This document shows positions 32,101 to 47,100 of a stretch of 64,000 bases of DNA, piece by piece. Position 1 is the first letter of the stretch, and the number at the start of each line of letters is the position of its first letter. Source of the stretch: Patescibacteria group bacterium. GTDB taxonomy: Bacteria > Patescibacteriota > Microgenomatia > UBA10105 > UBA927. The notes under the pieces were generated by a model. The model made no database searches and was not told where the DNA came from. It saw only the letters and a program-made list of their open reading frames with translations. The DNA is taken from the NCBI GenBank assembly GCA_038063875.1, contig JBBTUH010000028.1, positions 17,046 to 81,045 of the forward strand, read 5' to 3'. Made by a program: the position numbers and the translations under genes.

Positions 32101-35100
32101 TAAATCCAAACGCTGTTACAGAATCTATAGGTCTACCCGTCAACCATTCAAAACGTAATCTAGCATTTACCATCGGATCATTCTGATTTCCATCGCTTAC
32201 GATGGGAAATAAAATATTTTGTTGAAACGTTATCCCAGCAGGGTCTTTTGGCAACAGTTTACCCATAGCGTCATTAATTTGAGATCCGTCTGCCATAAAA
32301 AACTTACGAGAAAGCGCTATGAATGAAAATTCACCTGTTTGAGTGTTAAGAAACACAATGATATTTTGATCGTTCTTAGTCGACGTAATTGGAATATTTG
32401 GATCCTCGTCACCTATGCTGTTTAAATGAGAATCCATGCCTAAAATAAGGAATGAAACTATTGGGTTTTCAAATACTGCTTTTTTTTGTTCATCTGTCGG
32501 ATTTGCTACTCCTACTATTCGTAGCCAAAAAGATTCTCCTTCAAGGTTTGCTAGTAGAACCCGTTGATTTACTGCCCATCTATAAATTCCTTTTGACATG
32601 AATGCAACAAGTGGATTTTTTGCAGACTGTGAATCTATCCAATCCTGTTGTATGGACTCTTCATACTGATCTTGTTGCGTCGTTGTTGCAGTTTCTGTGG
32701 GTAACTGTGCTGTAGCAGTATCTACAGGAGCAGACGTTTCAGAGGGCGATGCTGTTTCTGGATTCGTTTGAATTTGCTGGATTATCGCAGCTGGCTCCCT
32801 TATCGGCAGTTGAGGTGTCGGAGAAAAAGCGACGTTTAGCCAAATCACCACACTCAACAAGCCGTACGCTATAGATAGCACGCCAATCGTGACACCTGCA
32901 GTCCATTTCAATCCGTCTCCCACCCACTGAAGCCATGTTTTTTTATATGGATCTTTGGTGAGATTCATCGTTACCACATCTGTATTATCTGGAAACGTTA
33001 TAACAAGGTTTGTCGTTTGCTTTTTTACCGTATCTAAATTAAATCGAACAGCTCTGCTGCCCACTTGAGCAGTATCCAACGATACCGCTGTCGCCACGGC
33101 ACGTTCCTCTACTCGCTCAATTTGATAAAGAGCAAATCGTGAAATATCATGCACGATAACGGGGACAAACAAAGGATTACCGGTCACAAAAAGAATGCCT
33201 CGAGTAAAGATATGTATAAACCCTTGGACAAATCTGAAGTTTGTTGGAACAGATGCGTCCCACCAGTTTGGAAAAAGTACAAAATCGCGAGACGTCCGTA
33301 CGATCGCCTTAAGCGAATCTGATGGAATTATCTGCTCAACTAGACGCAGTCCATCATGTGCAATCCACGGCAGTATTCCTATCGGTCCTCCGCGAATCCA
33401 CATCCATCCATCACGCAGTGCCATAATGCCAAGGTTGGCAGCCTGCTTCGTACCACTATACTCGAATGAAAATGGCTTTACCCATGCATGTACTAAGCCA
33501 ACCACTCCATCGCGAACAACTCGTGTCGGTCCCCACTTTCCTAACGATGCGAAAAATCCTGGCTTAGCAAGTCGTGTCTCTTTTTCTCCTGTGGTAATTA
33601 TGATGTTTCTCCTCTCTTCACTGGTCACTTGAATCTTTGGTGCTACATCAAGATAAAATCTCGCTCGTTCTATATCTATCTTTATGTTATCGGTAATTGC
33701 CTCCGGACCATCAACTGATTCAAACACACTAATCAATCGGCTATATTCTACCTCCAACGGCTTACCATTTACTTGCAAACGAATATCTGGACTGGATTTT
33801 TTTAATTGTCGAAGCAACACCGATATTTCTCCCACAAGTGTTTGTTTTTCCACTTTTGCTACTTCTAATCTAGCGTTTGCAATGAGAGCGCGGGCGACTA
33901 TCATATCTAATTCATAAGATAATGATACTGACGCTCCATTCACCTGACGGGCAACTTCAGGAAAAATTGTCTCGCTCACTAATTCTGCCTCCACGAATTC
34001 CGCTAATGCTTCATCATCTGAATACCCAGAGATTGCCTGCGTTAATCGTTCGTGAAGAATGATATATTGATCTGCGCCTAATAGTAAAACTTGCTCAAAT
34101 CTTTCCGCTGCAGCCAAGATGTCTGTAAGGTTGGCTGTTTGAATAAAATATACCAATGGTGAAGTATCACGTGTATCAAATTGTTTTATGAAAGGCACAA
34201 ATACAGATATGGTCTCTAGTCTCCCGAGTGTTATTTCCACTTGTTTGTTTATAGAATTCTCTCTCTGTTTACTCGTCATCGACGAATCAATGACAGATCG
34301 CACCGCCTCATCTATTCTTGATCGAATTATTGATCTCAATGCCACTCTTGCAATACCCGCTATTTGGAAACTACCCGGCTTATCAAATAACAAGAGCTCA
34401 CTGGCATCTCGTAAGAGTGTGATATCTGTCAAAAGCACACCGCTTGTTTTAACCAGCTCTTCATACCATTTTTGTCGAGCATCTTCTTTTTGCTTTTGGG
34501 CGATGAGCGAATTTTGAGTTTCGTTCAGTCGTCTCGCAAGCCCGCGAATTGCGCTTGCCCGCTCTACTTCTGACTGCTCGGTAAACCAATCGCCAAGTCG
34601 TGCATGAAGTAATGTTTCGAGTCCTTGGGTATCAAGAGTTTCTTTTTCAATTAATGTATCGACTATAAATTCAGTCTGTTCGCTATACCAACGACGATAT
34701 GCATCAACTACTCCATCAATTGCTTTTTTATCTATATTCAATATGTTTTGCGCGCGGTTTTGAAGAAATACTGAAGGTAACAGGGAAATACCATCAAACC
34801 ACCCGTCATCACGAAGTTTTCGTTTAATAAGGTTAAATGACACACGATCATTGCGATATAAGGCTTCCTCAACCAGATTTTGCCTATATACGTCAGCCAC
34901 TTGAGCGTCCCATTGGGTCAGTTCTTCCATCGCTCTTTCGGTCACTAATCGCGCATACGCAGGAATGAAAGATGATGCTTGCTCGTCAGATTCAAGTCGT
35001 TGATCTTCCTCTAGTACAGTTCTCACGATTTTCTCAATTTTTGACTTCATAGTGCTCACGCTATCCCCTATAATTACCGTAGCCATGACTCGCTTTTGTA

Positions 35101-38100
35101 TTTCTGTAAGATTATTTGTAAACACGTGTGCAATAAAAAGCTTTGCCTGCGTTCGCTCTTCTTTTTTATTTGTGAGTTGGGCCACAACTTCACCCAAAAC
35201 AAAACTCAAATACTGCTGTGCTTCTGCAACGCCACTTATTTGCTCAAACCCATGATTAAACGCCGCATTTTCGGCTATATCCCTTTCAGCAAAAGACTGT
35301 TTGATATCAGCCTGTAATTGAACGCGCACAGCTTCTCGATCGTTCAAATACATTTCATACTGTAGTGCCAAAGCGATTCCTTTTTCTGGACCAAGGACAG
35401 ACTCCATAATTTCTCCAGTTCTTTGGGGAATCACTGCTCGTGCTGCTTGTGGTTGATCTTTTACATCACCAAGCCACGTTTCTATACTTTTATACATCTC
35501 GTTTATAAATTCTTTGTCACTCATCCCGCGAGCTAATAGAATATCATCAGAGGTGATTCCCTCTTCTTTCAGTCTCTGTCGAAGCAATAAACTAATTTCA
35601 CTTTTCTTTGCTCCATTTAAATACGCCTGAACAACTGGTCCATCCCGATGCGTAGCAAAAAGCAAAAAGTCCGCAGTGCGAACACGCAATGCATCTTGTA
35701 TGACAGGTAGAGATTCTAACAATCCCGTGATCAACAGCTGCCTATGCGCTGTACGCCATGCGGCTTTTGATTCTTCTGATTCTAATTTTGCAATGAATGC
35801 AGTGGATTCTTCTCTCGCCAGTTGTTTTTGTCGCAATTTTAGTAATTCAGCAGCTTTTATTTGCGATTCTGTAAGTGGTACGGTGATTGGCTTATCTACA
35901 TAAAATAACCCTAATCCATAGGCTGTAAGAGCTGGTTCTCCGAGATCCATCATGAAAGAAGCCTCATCCATCACTTTCTGTACTTCACCAAACATGTTCC
36001 ACAATGCAATTGGAGGGACTAACGCCGGTGTCAAAGCTTCACCTGCAACTGCAGTAAGAAGCAATACTTGTGGGTTTGATATGGATTGATTCGCTTTTCT
36101 CACTTCTGCCGCACGTTTTTCAATACTAGGAGCTAACTCAGCAGCTTGTTTTACTGCGGCAATTTCTAATACTGCCCTACGATCCTGTTCTGCCCTCAAC
36201 TGTTCGAGTTGCAACGCTAATTGTTTTTCAGCGTCTAACGACGTAGTAATTGCGCTTATGTCCAATCGTGCTTGATCAGAGACTGATGCTTGATCAAACA
36301 AACGTTCTTCCGATTGCCCAATTTTTGCTGTAACAGACCGGAGTAATTTACCAACCTGCCTATCTAGTTGAAGCTGCAAAACAGTTTCAAATGCCAAAAA
36401 TGCTTCGGAAATTGCTTCTATTTTTTCCACAGTCTTAATGCGATCAAGTGCTTTATCTTTTAACAACACATCTAGCTCTTCAAGAAGTGACAATGGTGTT
36501 TCACGCGTCACTGTTAATCCTGCTGTATTTAAGGCATTTTTGAGCGTTCTTGTAGCTACACGTGATGTATTTGATAAAGGGAAAAAAGAAATGCGCGCAG
36601 CAAGAGACTGCAACCCTTGCACGAGTGGCGATATTTGTGCCCTACGTTCTGCTATTTGTTGTCGAAGTTCCTCTCGATGAACAGATCGTTTTTCTGCTGC
36701 CCTCAATTTCTTTTCTTCATCTACAATTTTTTGCAATCGTGCCTGTTCTTGCGCGTCTACCTTACTAACTCGCAACTGTTCAGAAGCATCTTGTGTGGCA
36801 AAAAATGCATCTACTTTCTGTTGCAATGCTTCATCTTCCTTTTCCATCTGTGCCAATCGCTCTGTAGCATACGTTTGACGCGCTTTCTCAATGACTTCCT
36901 GTCTCCACTCAGGATAATCTCTTTTGGCATCGACAAATAACGTGGCGCTAATATTTCTTCTTTTATCAACTAACATTGCATCAATACGAGCTTGTAGTTG
37001 TTCTTCTGATCCACCAAAGACTATTAACTTATGTAAAGCGGAATTAGTCACAAATATATTTTTCAACGTTCCTAGTTGCATAAGTGCGGTAAGCTGACGA
37101 ATCTGGCTTCCCGTTTGAATACTTCGCGACACACCACTACTAAATGGCAAAGTTAGTTCAACGACAGGACCAACAACTGGCGTGACACCAGTTAATAACG
37201 AACGTCCGACTAATTGAGGAGTTGTAATGGAACTATCAACCTCATCCAATGCTTTAAATACTGCAGCTACTGAACGGCTCCAGCTTGCCATATCTTTATA
37301 CACTTGGTCTTCAGAATCTCGCCGCTGAGTTTGTGCTTTTTTGATATCATTTGCATATGTTTTATTGAGCGTCTGCGTTGTGCCACTAATCCAATCTGAT
37401 TTTTTTAGATTAAGAAGCGCAAATATCTCATCGGTCACATTATTTTTGTCTAAAACACCTTGAATAGTCGTTTGTACAACTTGTTCAGAGTACCCACCAA
37501 CGATTGCATTCTTTACATATTCATCTTTCAAAATAACGCTTTGTACTGTGGTCAATAATATATTTGCGTCTATTTGTCGAATTCTCTCAGCTTCTTCCAC
37601 CTTCTGTTGTTCTCCAATATCTGTAACCAACGCATCTATCGCAATCCGTTTTTTTTGAGCAACCTGTGCTTGCTCCCTCGTTAATCGATCCGCTTCACGC
37701 GCAACGGATTGTTGAGCAACTTCACGCAGTCTCCTTGCTACTCTCAAATCTTGTAGCTTTTTTCTTGTATTTACGTATGCAGTAAATTGTCGAATTCGTG
37801 GAAAACCAGTCACTACTGATGAAGGCACGACTACTGGAATCAACGCATCTTGTATCACATCTAAACGACCACCTACGCGCAATTCATTACCCGTGAGCCA
37901 AATCGCCTGAGAGAAATTTCCCAAATATTCAGTGATTAAGGCAAATGGGCTTGACGCCCCACCACCCGGTGCGTCACCACTTTTTCTCATCAACAAATAC
38001 TGTGCTATATCTGCAACAATTTGGTTATAGGAATCTGTCGTTATACTTTTAAAATTTGGACTAAACTTAGTGAGGGTGTTTTCTATTTCTGTACGATGGG

Positions 38101-41100
38101 TCTTGAGGAAATCTGCTTCAGACACTCCTTCCCTCACCCACTCAGAGCTTGATTTCTCCAATGCCTTCAATGCAAGCTGTTCTTGGGTAAGCACTGTAGG
38201 TATTTGATCTGTATTGACAGTGATTGATATGATTGTCCGAGCGTAGACCTTAAGGAGCTCCTCAACCAAATTATTGTCAATTGCTTGAACAAGGTGTGGC
38301 GAAACGTGATCTTCATTCCACGTTGCGTTTTGAGTTAATGCTCGGATGATCTCTGCAGAATCTGATGGCACATTCGTCAAATCTCCAGCTGTAAGAGTAG
38401 CAAGCACTCGAGCAACAATCTGTTTCTCCGTAGCACTTGTTAACCCAACAATATTTGCAAATTGATCCAAAATTTTCTGCACCTCTATTTTCGCCGAAAC
38501 GGGTATAGATTCTCCCTCACTCCATACATTATATTTTCTCAAAAACAAAACGAATGCATTGATGCGATCTGTAATAGAATCTAAAATGACTCTGTCCGTT
38601 TCTCTATACTGCAAATCTTTCGGTGCTACTGCGTTGTAGTTTGTTATGGTTCGTAGTAATAATGCTGTCGTCGAATCAGCTTCAGTCGCACTTACTGATA
38701 CAGCATTTACATCTTGTTGGACTTGATAGATGGTCTGTAGCATTGGATCAATGAGGGTCGTACGCAATGAACTTCGAACATTAGCTGCTACTTGTGCGGC
38801 GGTTGACAATCTCACGGCAAGATCAGCGTTGGAATTTTCATCGCCTATAAGTAAAAAGGTTATATACTGCTCTAGCTTCGTGAACTTTTTATCTGCGGCA
38901 AATAGATCAAAAAATTCTATTAATTTTGCTTCGCTCATCGGGAGATCACCGTTATTTTTTATCAACGCTCTTAACTTTTCGCTAATTGTCTTGACTGCTT
39001 TTTCTGCTTGCGCATCGATTTTATCAAGATCAGTAATAGATTTGCGCCCTCTTACAAGCAATGTATCGACAAATGTCGATGCAAAGTCTGTAAGCTTTTT
39101 TTGTGTTCTCCCTGGTGCATTGGTATCTCCACTCTCTATCGATCTTACCCATGATGCAAATACGGTATCAATAGAAAATAATTTCTTTAACGTCCCAAAC
39201 GCTGTGAACTCTTTTCCATCTTCAGTAAACCATGCTGTGCGTACTACATCTGCTTGAATGTCTAAGATTGATTTCTTCGGCGCATTTTTAGCTGCAAGAA
39301 GCGCTATAATTTCACCATCTGGATCTTTATAGATAAATGGTTTTTCCTCTCCTATCCGGATATATAGTTGCCAGTCTTCGAGCGTGAATGCGCGTATTTT
39401 TTGCAATCCATTCTTTATCGACTCAAATAACTCAATAAAATCTTCTTTGGTCAACGGAACTTCATCTGTCGTTTGCTTTATACGAATGCTTCCTTTTTGT
39501 ATAGCCTCTTCCCGCCATATAACAGCCTGAAGCAATAGATCTACATACTCCTGTTGCGTCGAAGGGACGAGGAACGGAACCTCTGACGAATTTATAGGCT
39601 CTTTATTGAATAACGCTGGTGTCACCTCTATCGTCTCATTATATTTATCTTGATAAAGCCGTAAAAACTCATATACCGTCATCATCCGAGCCATTGCAAC
39701 AGAAGAAAGCTGTTTACTTTTGTAGTCGTATGGTAAATATAAGTCAAACTGTGGGCGATCCAATATCACAGTGAAAAGTAAAGAAAAGTAACCAACAGTA
39801 TACCTTCGTATCTCATCTACTGAAAGTTTAGGTCGATATTTATATGACCCATGATCAAATAACATAAATGTATATGTCCCATCATCTTTTTTCACCAACA
39901 TAAGGTTATGTCCATAAATTAACTCAACATCATCAATGTACATATGATTCTTTGATAATTTCTCAATAAAATTGATATACAATGGGGCAAGCTCTGCCGG
40001 TGGTAAAGCTTCATATATCGCTCCAAACTCTACCCCTACCACCAATGGAGCAATATAAAATAAATGTGACGGAGATACATATGACACGGGGTTAACCAGT
40101 CTCGATTGAACAGCGTCTTCTGGTAATCTTCGATATTCTGCTAACCCTAAATAGTCTCCAACTGGCTTAACAATAAATCGCTCTAGATTTGACCTATTTG
40201 TTAACTCATATACTATTCGAGAATTATCTTCAGCATTCGGCAACGCCCGAATTACCCATGTGTCATCCAAAATTGTGCTTACAATTTTTCCTGACTGAAT
40301 ATATTCGTATATTTTATTGTCTGAATCGATCGATAAATCGATTGTATTTATGCTTAATTGAGTAGCTTTATAATGCGAATATAACGCCTTCATAACCCGC
40401 TCTGTTATCAATGTCAGATTCGCCGATTGCAACTTAAATGATGCTAATTTCAAATACTTTTGAACCACTACGGTGTAGCTCAACATAAACTCTACTTCTG
40501 TCGTTGGCGCCTCATGTCCGGCAAGAACTGACTGTGGATCAACCCATATCTTGGTCATATCGTTAATAAGCCCTATTACACTTCCCTGACTTATATCTCC
40601 AAGCAACAATGCTTGCACAAACCCAGTCAGATATTCCAATGCGCCATCCGTATTCTTATCTATAGCTGCTTTCAAATCAGTAAGGGGCTTTTGTACCTCT
40701 GACTGATTTAGTGCGTTTATTACTGCGTCATACGTTGCGACTGGAATAACCACTCCTTTAAATGCCAGCTCGATTGCCTTAATCAATGGCGCCTGAAACT
40801 CAGGCTTTAAACTATCCGGCGTCAACTTGCCCGCGATGTATTGGTTTGATTTTTCTTGCACTTTTTTATGCAACTGCTCCTGTGAAATGGGTGGCTGATT
40901 TGATTTACCAATATCCGAATATAAGCCAACTTCTTTCGCCAAACTCAACCATGCGATAATATCCGCTTCTATACTCTTAATCTTCTTTAATCCATCAGTA
41001 TCAGCTGGTAACTTCGACGTATCAAAAACTTTAAACATAGTATTTGCTTTACTCGCGTTAATCAATTCATCTTCATTGTCCTTTGTGTCTGCAAGAATAT

Positions 41101-44100
41101 ACTTTTGCCCTACCCAAAACTTTAACGATAATGGGGTTTCGTTTTCAAGAACGCCTAAACCCCCAAATTTCTGCTCAATAACTACCTTTTCTATAATTGC
41201 CAAAACCTTCGGCCCGAACCCTTTCCCAGGATCTGTTGCATCAAGTTTACTTATGACGGGAATCACGGATAACCCACTTTGGCCTAACAAGACAGGAATT
41301 AATGTGTGATTTAGCGCATCAGACACAAACGGGTCTGGCTTAAGAAAAACGATTTCTATCTTATCAAGCAGCGATGAGGATCCATCCATAACAAGGCCCA
41401 CACCGCGTGAGGTTTTCTGTAGAGAAACTCTGATCCCATTGGTTTCTTTATTGCTATCAAATTCCTTATTGAGAGCATCTCTGATCGCCTCAACTTTATC
41501 TTGTTCGACGAAAGCTACTTCTTTATCCAAAGGCACAGCTTGTTTATTTTCCAACCCATCAACATATTTTTGAGCTTCTATGATCTTATCGTCATATATT
41601 TCTCTAAGCGTTGGGATAGTATAACCGCTAAGAGTATTCACGACCTTGGCCCCAAGTCTCTCCAAGACAGCCAAAACAGGGTTTGTTGACAACGTTTCTG
41701 TTTGTTTCAAAACGTCGACTAATGCTTCAAGCTCAGTTTGTGGATCATCCGCAATCTTCATCTTCATGATCGCGTCAAAGTCCGATAGATACATGGTGTT
41801 TATAAAGCTACCTACCGCATCGATAACCTCTTTATTTTCCACAGGCTTCTTTGACGCCTTTACTAATTCGTTTGCCAGTTTAAGACGGTCGTCATTTGAA
41901 GCCTTGCTATATCTTTTCGCCTCATCAGGTTTATTGAGTATCCGCATGATCTGCGCCAATTTTTGATTAGCAAAGTAGGCGGCAGTGCTAAAGAGCATTT
42001 CATTACCATCTTTTTTCTCCGCGTGTTTTTCTCGATCTGCCTCAACCATCGCAAGAATAGTTTCAAGATCACCCTTTGCGTCTTCGTGACGACCTTGCGA
42101 GAGCGCTTTTGCTATATTCGTAAACAAATCAATAAATTGATCTTTTAGTTTTAAACAATCATCACAAGCCTTCGGATTTGCACGCGCAGTTTCGGTTAAC
42201 GCACTTGAGAGATCCTGAAATTCTGTTGTTACGTTTATGCCAAGGTTCTCAACTTCTTGCTCTACAAATTCATCGCCTGCGCTCAATAATGCGACGGGAA
42301 CAACTCCGGATTGTAATACACTATCTGCTCGTTTCAGAGCTTCTAGCTCATTGGTAAAGAAGAAGTTAGCATCTATCACATCTTCCATTTGTCCAATGAT
42401 GGGGAGAATCACATCTGCAGAGGCGCGGGTCGCAGGCGCAGTCCCGCCGTAATTCGTTATACCGCCTGTTACAGCTGCTATGACGCCATCTACAGTCGTA
42501 GGTTTTGTGTCGGATATAGCTAATCCTGTTTCTTGCAACTCTAAAAGCAAGGGCAAAAGCTTCGCCACTTTATCCGGCTGTTCTTCAAGTGGTATTTCAA
42601 TCGCTTCTTGAAAAACTTCAACCCGCTCTTTTACCCGCGCTCCAAACGATTGTTTCTCTTTTTCTACATCAGCATTTACTGTTTTTAGCCCATCGAGCGC
42701 AAATTCAAGCTGACCTTGTATTTTAATCGCTGTATCACGATTGATAATCGCATCGATGCTCACTAAAAAGCTCTGATCAGAAAGTGCTGTAAATATTCCA
42801 TCCAACGTTGTCGCTTTTGGAACAAATTGAACCCCTGCTTTTTCAAGCGATGACGATAATAGTTGTACAAGAAACGCGACTTTTTCTTTTCCAAGTGTTC
42901 CTTCTACATAGGATCGCTCAGCCCTAAGAAGCTCGATAGGAAACTGCAGAAGGAGTGATTTAATGATGCTAATTTCTTCAATGACTGGAGCTGGTTTTAG
43001 ATTGACGGCGTTGCCAACCGACGTCACGCTGGCTTGTTGAGCAACTTTTTCTGCAATCCTTGCTGCCACATTTATCGCCACCCGTGTCGCAGCCTCCTTG
43101 GATTGTGTTGTCAAAGATTTTCCTGTTGTTATAGCTTGAGCTATATACGTCGCAAGTTCAGCTCGGGCTGCTGCAATACTTCCTGGCAACCGATCTTTTT
43201 GATCCTTCAATAATGCGTTGAATTTCTCAACTAATGTTGCTTCCTGTTTCTCTGCCTCTGCCTGTAGAGCTGATTCATCAACCACAACATTAACAGTCGC
43301 TGGGGTTATTGTCGTAGAACTTGTTGTAGGATCTATTGCAACACGATCATCAGTGACTTTACTTCGTGCATCCTCAAGAACCAAAGCAATGCGCGTAAAC
43401 ACATCAGACGCTTCAATTGTCATTCGCACGAATCCCGCTGGGGGCAGGGCACTTAAGAACGTGGTTTGTAACTGCTCAAGCAGTACCACATCAGCTTGTG
43501 TATGTTCAATTATATTGCTGATAAGGGCTGAAAATGCTTGACCAAGCTTCACCTGATCTAAAAGATATTCTTGAAGCAATACAAAATTTGTGACGTTAAA
43601 TCCTTGCGCTATAAGCTTTTGAAGAATATCGCCTATCTCTTGTTGTCTCTCTACAACTGTTTTCGCTAACCCCAACTCAGATTCAGCTTGTTGTAATTTT
43701 ACCTTTGTCTCTTCAAGACTCGTGGTATTTATTGCCAAACTTGTTTCTACTTGTGTTATTTGTGTATCCAACGTATTCGATTCGAGGTTAGAAGCATTCT
43801 GTTGTGCGTTGGAAAGACGCGTAACTACAACCGCTTGTCTTGCTTGAAGTACTTGGAGTTGTGCTTGTACTTTCCGTGCTAATTGCAATGAATTATCAAG
43901 CTCTGTTTGTTTTTGTGTAAGCTCTACCGTATTTTCCTGAAACTTTCCGAATGACTTACCTACGACAATGACACCTGCTGAAATATTATCAACCTTTCCT
44001 CCCGCCTTTTTAACCTTTGCATCAGCTAATGCACGAACTTGAGACACAATTTCCTGCGCGATCTCTTTTCCATTCGTCTTACCCTTTGTCACATCTACAA

Positions 44101-47100
44101 AAAACCCTCCAGGAACCCCTGTTTTGTTTGCAAAGTTTCTATTATTATATATTTTGTTATGCCATCGAAGTGGATCGATGACGCCATCACTTACGGAAAT
44201 TAATACATCACCTTCCTGAACCTCAAAGGATTCTCTTACAACATGCGACAAATTTTCATTATTTCCCTGTAGGGCTCCATATACAACGTTACTCATTGGA
44301 TGCTCACCGGCTTCTTTTACCGTAACTTCGCCCATCTCAAGTAATTCACCCACAATTGAATGATCTTTCATTAACAAAAAGGCTGTACCATTTCGAACAA
44401 CCCATGTTTCTGCGTCTCCTGTGTGAATCACATGCGCTATTTGTTTTCCGTTTACCTCTTCTAGAATTGTGATATCGACAACCGCGCCACCACCAGCAAG
44501 ATCTGCGTTTCGTATTTCCTGATTAAGCCTATCAAATGTTTCATATAACCGAGATTGAATATCGATACGTCCATTTGAGGGTATTGAGATTTCATTAAAA
44601 TATATTTCTGCCACACGATTTTTAATGATCTGTGCAGCTACCGCACCTGATCCTTTCGATCCCATACCACCCATACCGTCAACCTCTACCATCATCACGG
44701 ATCCAAAAGCCGTAATTCCTGTTACATTGCGAACGACCAGCGCCGCATCCTCCATTGGATTAGCATTTTTTAGATACTTAGTACCTTTGTCTTCAGCGAT
44801 TCCAATATCACTTGAGGGAGCCACCGCTGGAATTTGTGATTGTAATGTCGCAATGGACGCCCGCAAGGCAATATGTTGCTGTCCAATTCCCTGTAATAGT
44901 CGCTTCTGCTCGTCGACAACTCTTGTAATATCAGCCAATTCCTTTGTGAAATTAGACACTTCTTCATTGGCTTTTTGTATAGCTTGTGGAAGTGATTCTT
45001 TTTTATACGTCTCTAACTCTTCGCGTCTTGTGTTTGCTTCGACAACCAGTCGCTCGTACTCAACCTGTTTACGCTTCAAATCATCGATGGTGTTTTGCAA
45101 CACAACAAGACCATCAGCTTGTGTTTGTTGTGCAAGGGGTTCAGTAACATACACAATGCTCACACCAGCAACTGGAACCTTCAAATACTGATCGCCACCA
45201 TCTAACTTTACGATCCAATATAGTAATCCTCCATCACTAAGCCCACCAGATTCATTTTCATTACTTTTTACGGTAGCCCTTGTAGTAGTAGTAACACCAT
45301 CCGCTGTGTACGTCACCTCAACTTTAGCATCCACCTCCACTGGATTATTTGCCTGCATCGAAATATTCGTCGCACCAGCTATGTATTTATATCCTGAAAC
45401 GGGCGCAGTTTGTACTACGGGTGCAATTATTTTTTCTTTGTAGACTGTATACGAACCATCCGTATTTCTAGAAAATAATATCTTTTTGTTTCCAAATTGA
45501 TAGGTAGTTTGATCTACTGGAATATCTATTGATGTACTTTTTACCACAGGGTTATCTTGTGCATCCACCACCCCATCTGCGTCAATAACAAGGTTTAATG
45601 ATTCAATATCGTTTACATTTTTTAAATTCACATGTGCATATTGCGTAGTGATGCCAGTTTGATTATTCGCAAAAACTATCTCTCCGGATACAGTAAGCCC
45701 AAAATAGACAGTCTGATTCCCCGAGATTACACCCATCAGTTCATAGATAGCCAGATCCACAGATGTTACGGGGACTGTGACTGGTGCAACAGGAATCGGC
45801 GCGACTTGTTGTGCCACAATAGATGAGGTCACATGATCTGCAAGTTTGTAGGATCGAACGCGGGCGAAATATTTCAACGGTGATTCTGGCCAATGAAGAT
45901 CCCAATACAAAAATCGTAATCGTCCTTGCGATGCGTTCAGGAAATTTGGTGTTTTATAGCCATCACTCAAAAACCTATGCACATCGTATGCCCACAACGA
46001 ATGTGAGATGGTGGAGAGAGGGAATGGTGTGAGAAACAATCCGACGCGTGTCAGCGCCCACACCACCGTATTGTTTCGTGGTGTCGCATTGAGAATACTT
46101 CGTGGAATAAACGAATAGAGATACCCATCGAGACTCCATTCATTAGGCTCTGTGATCGGAAGATCACTCAAAGGTGAGCGATACGGTACGGTAGGCGTAC
46201 TATTTGCCCGCATCACCGCGCTTTGCACCATCCTCATGCCCAACATGTGAGGAGCGGTAAAGAATCGTGTAACTGATGTCACTGTCTGCCAAAATCTATT
46301 GCCCAATGATGTGTTTGTATCACCGAGCGCTAAAAATCGTGCATTATAATAATGCTCCCAAAATCCTTCACGACTTCCCGCAAGAATATTAATCACCGTT
46401 GGCCGCATCAACACGGATTTCCACAGGCCACGCCATATACTGGGATTGGTGTCACTTAAGACGGTAATAATTCGCTCACCCAATATAAAATCTCTGGCAA
46501 GGGGTGTGCGCATGAGTGCATTGGCCAGTGCTACCACTGGAGCACGAACAGGCCATGTCACAAAACGAGCGATATCCCAGCCCCATGTGGCCGTTACATA
46601 GTACCCTGCCGCCAACGGATTGACGAGCCCAATACCAAATGGCACAGCCACCCGAAGCGTGGTCCACACCGCCAATTGTCCTGCACGTTCAGAGAGTGGC
46701 AATGAGCGATTAAAAACAGCAAAGGGGTTGGGACTTATGAGCCAATGTTTGACCATATCCCAACGCTGACTGAGTGTGAGACTTGCAGGAATTTGCGGTT
46801 GTGATTGTGCTACTTGCCCAGTAATAACCTGTGCTATTTGCTCTGGGGTGACATTTCGCGCATCGGCAAGTATAGAACCAATCACGTTTGTTATCGTTTG
46901 ATTCGGATCAGATAAATTAGCTATCGCAATAAGTAGCTTTTGCACACTACCCGTTGTCGTCTGATCGTATGCATTACTTATGACGCCACTCTCCATTTGT
47001 TCAAGAAGCGTCACCGTAATATTTGCCGCAGCCAACCCTAACGCAGCTGTTACATCAGGCGTTGGATTCGTAATTCCCAATGCTTGGGTCAACTGTTGTT

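Noticed and set aside
42154-42166. Isolated CDDC (CxxC) in the giant protein
   Set aside because: No partner CxxC or thioredoxin context; no function can be assigned.
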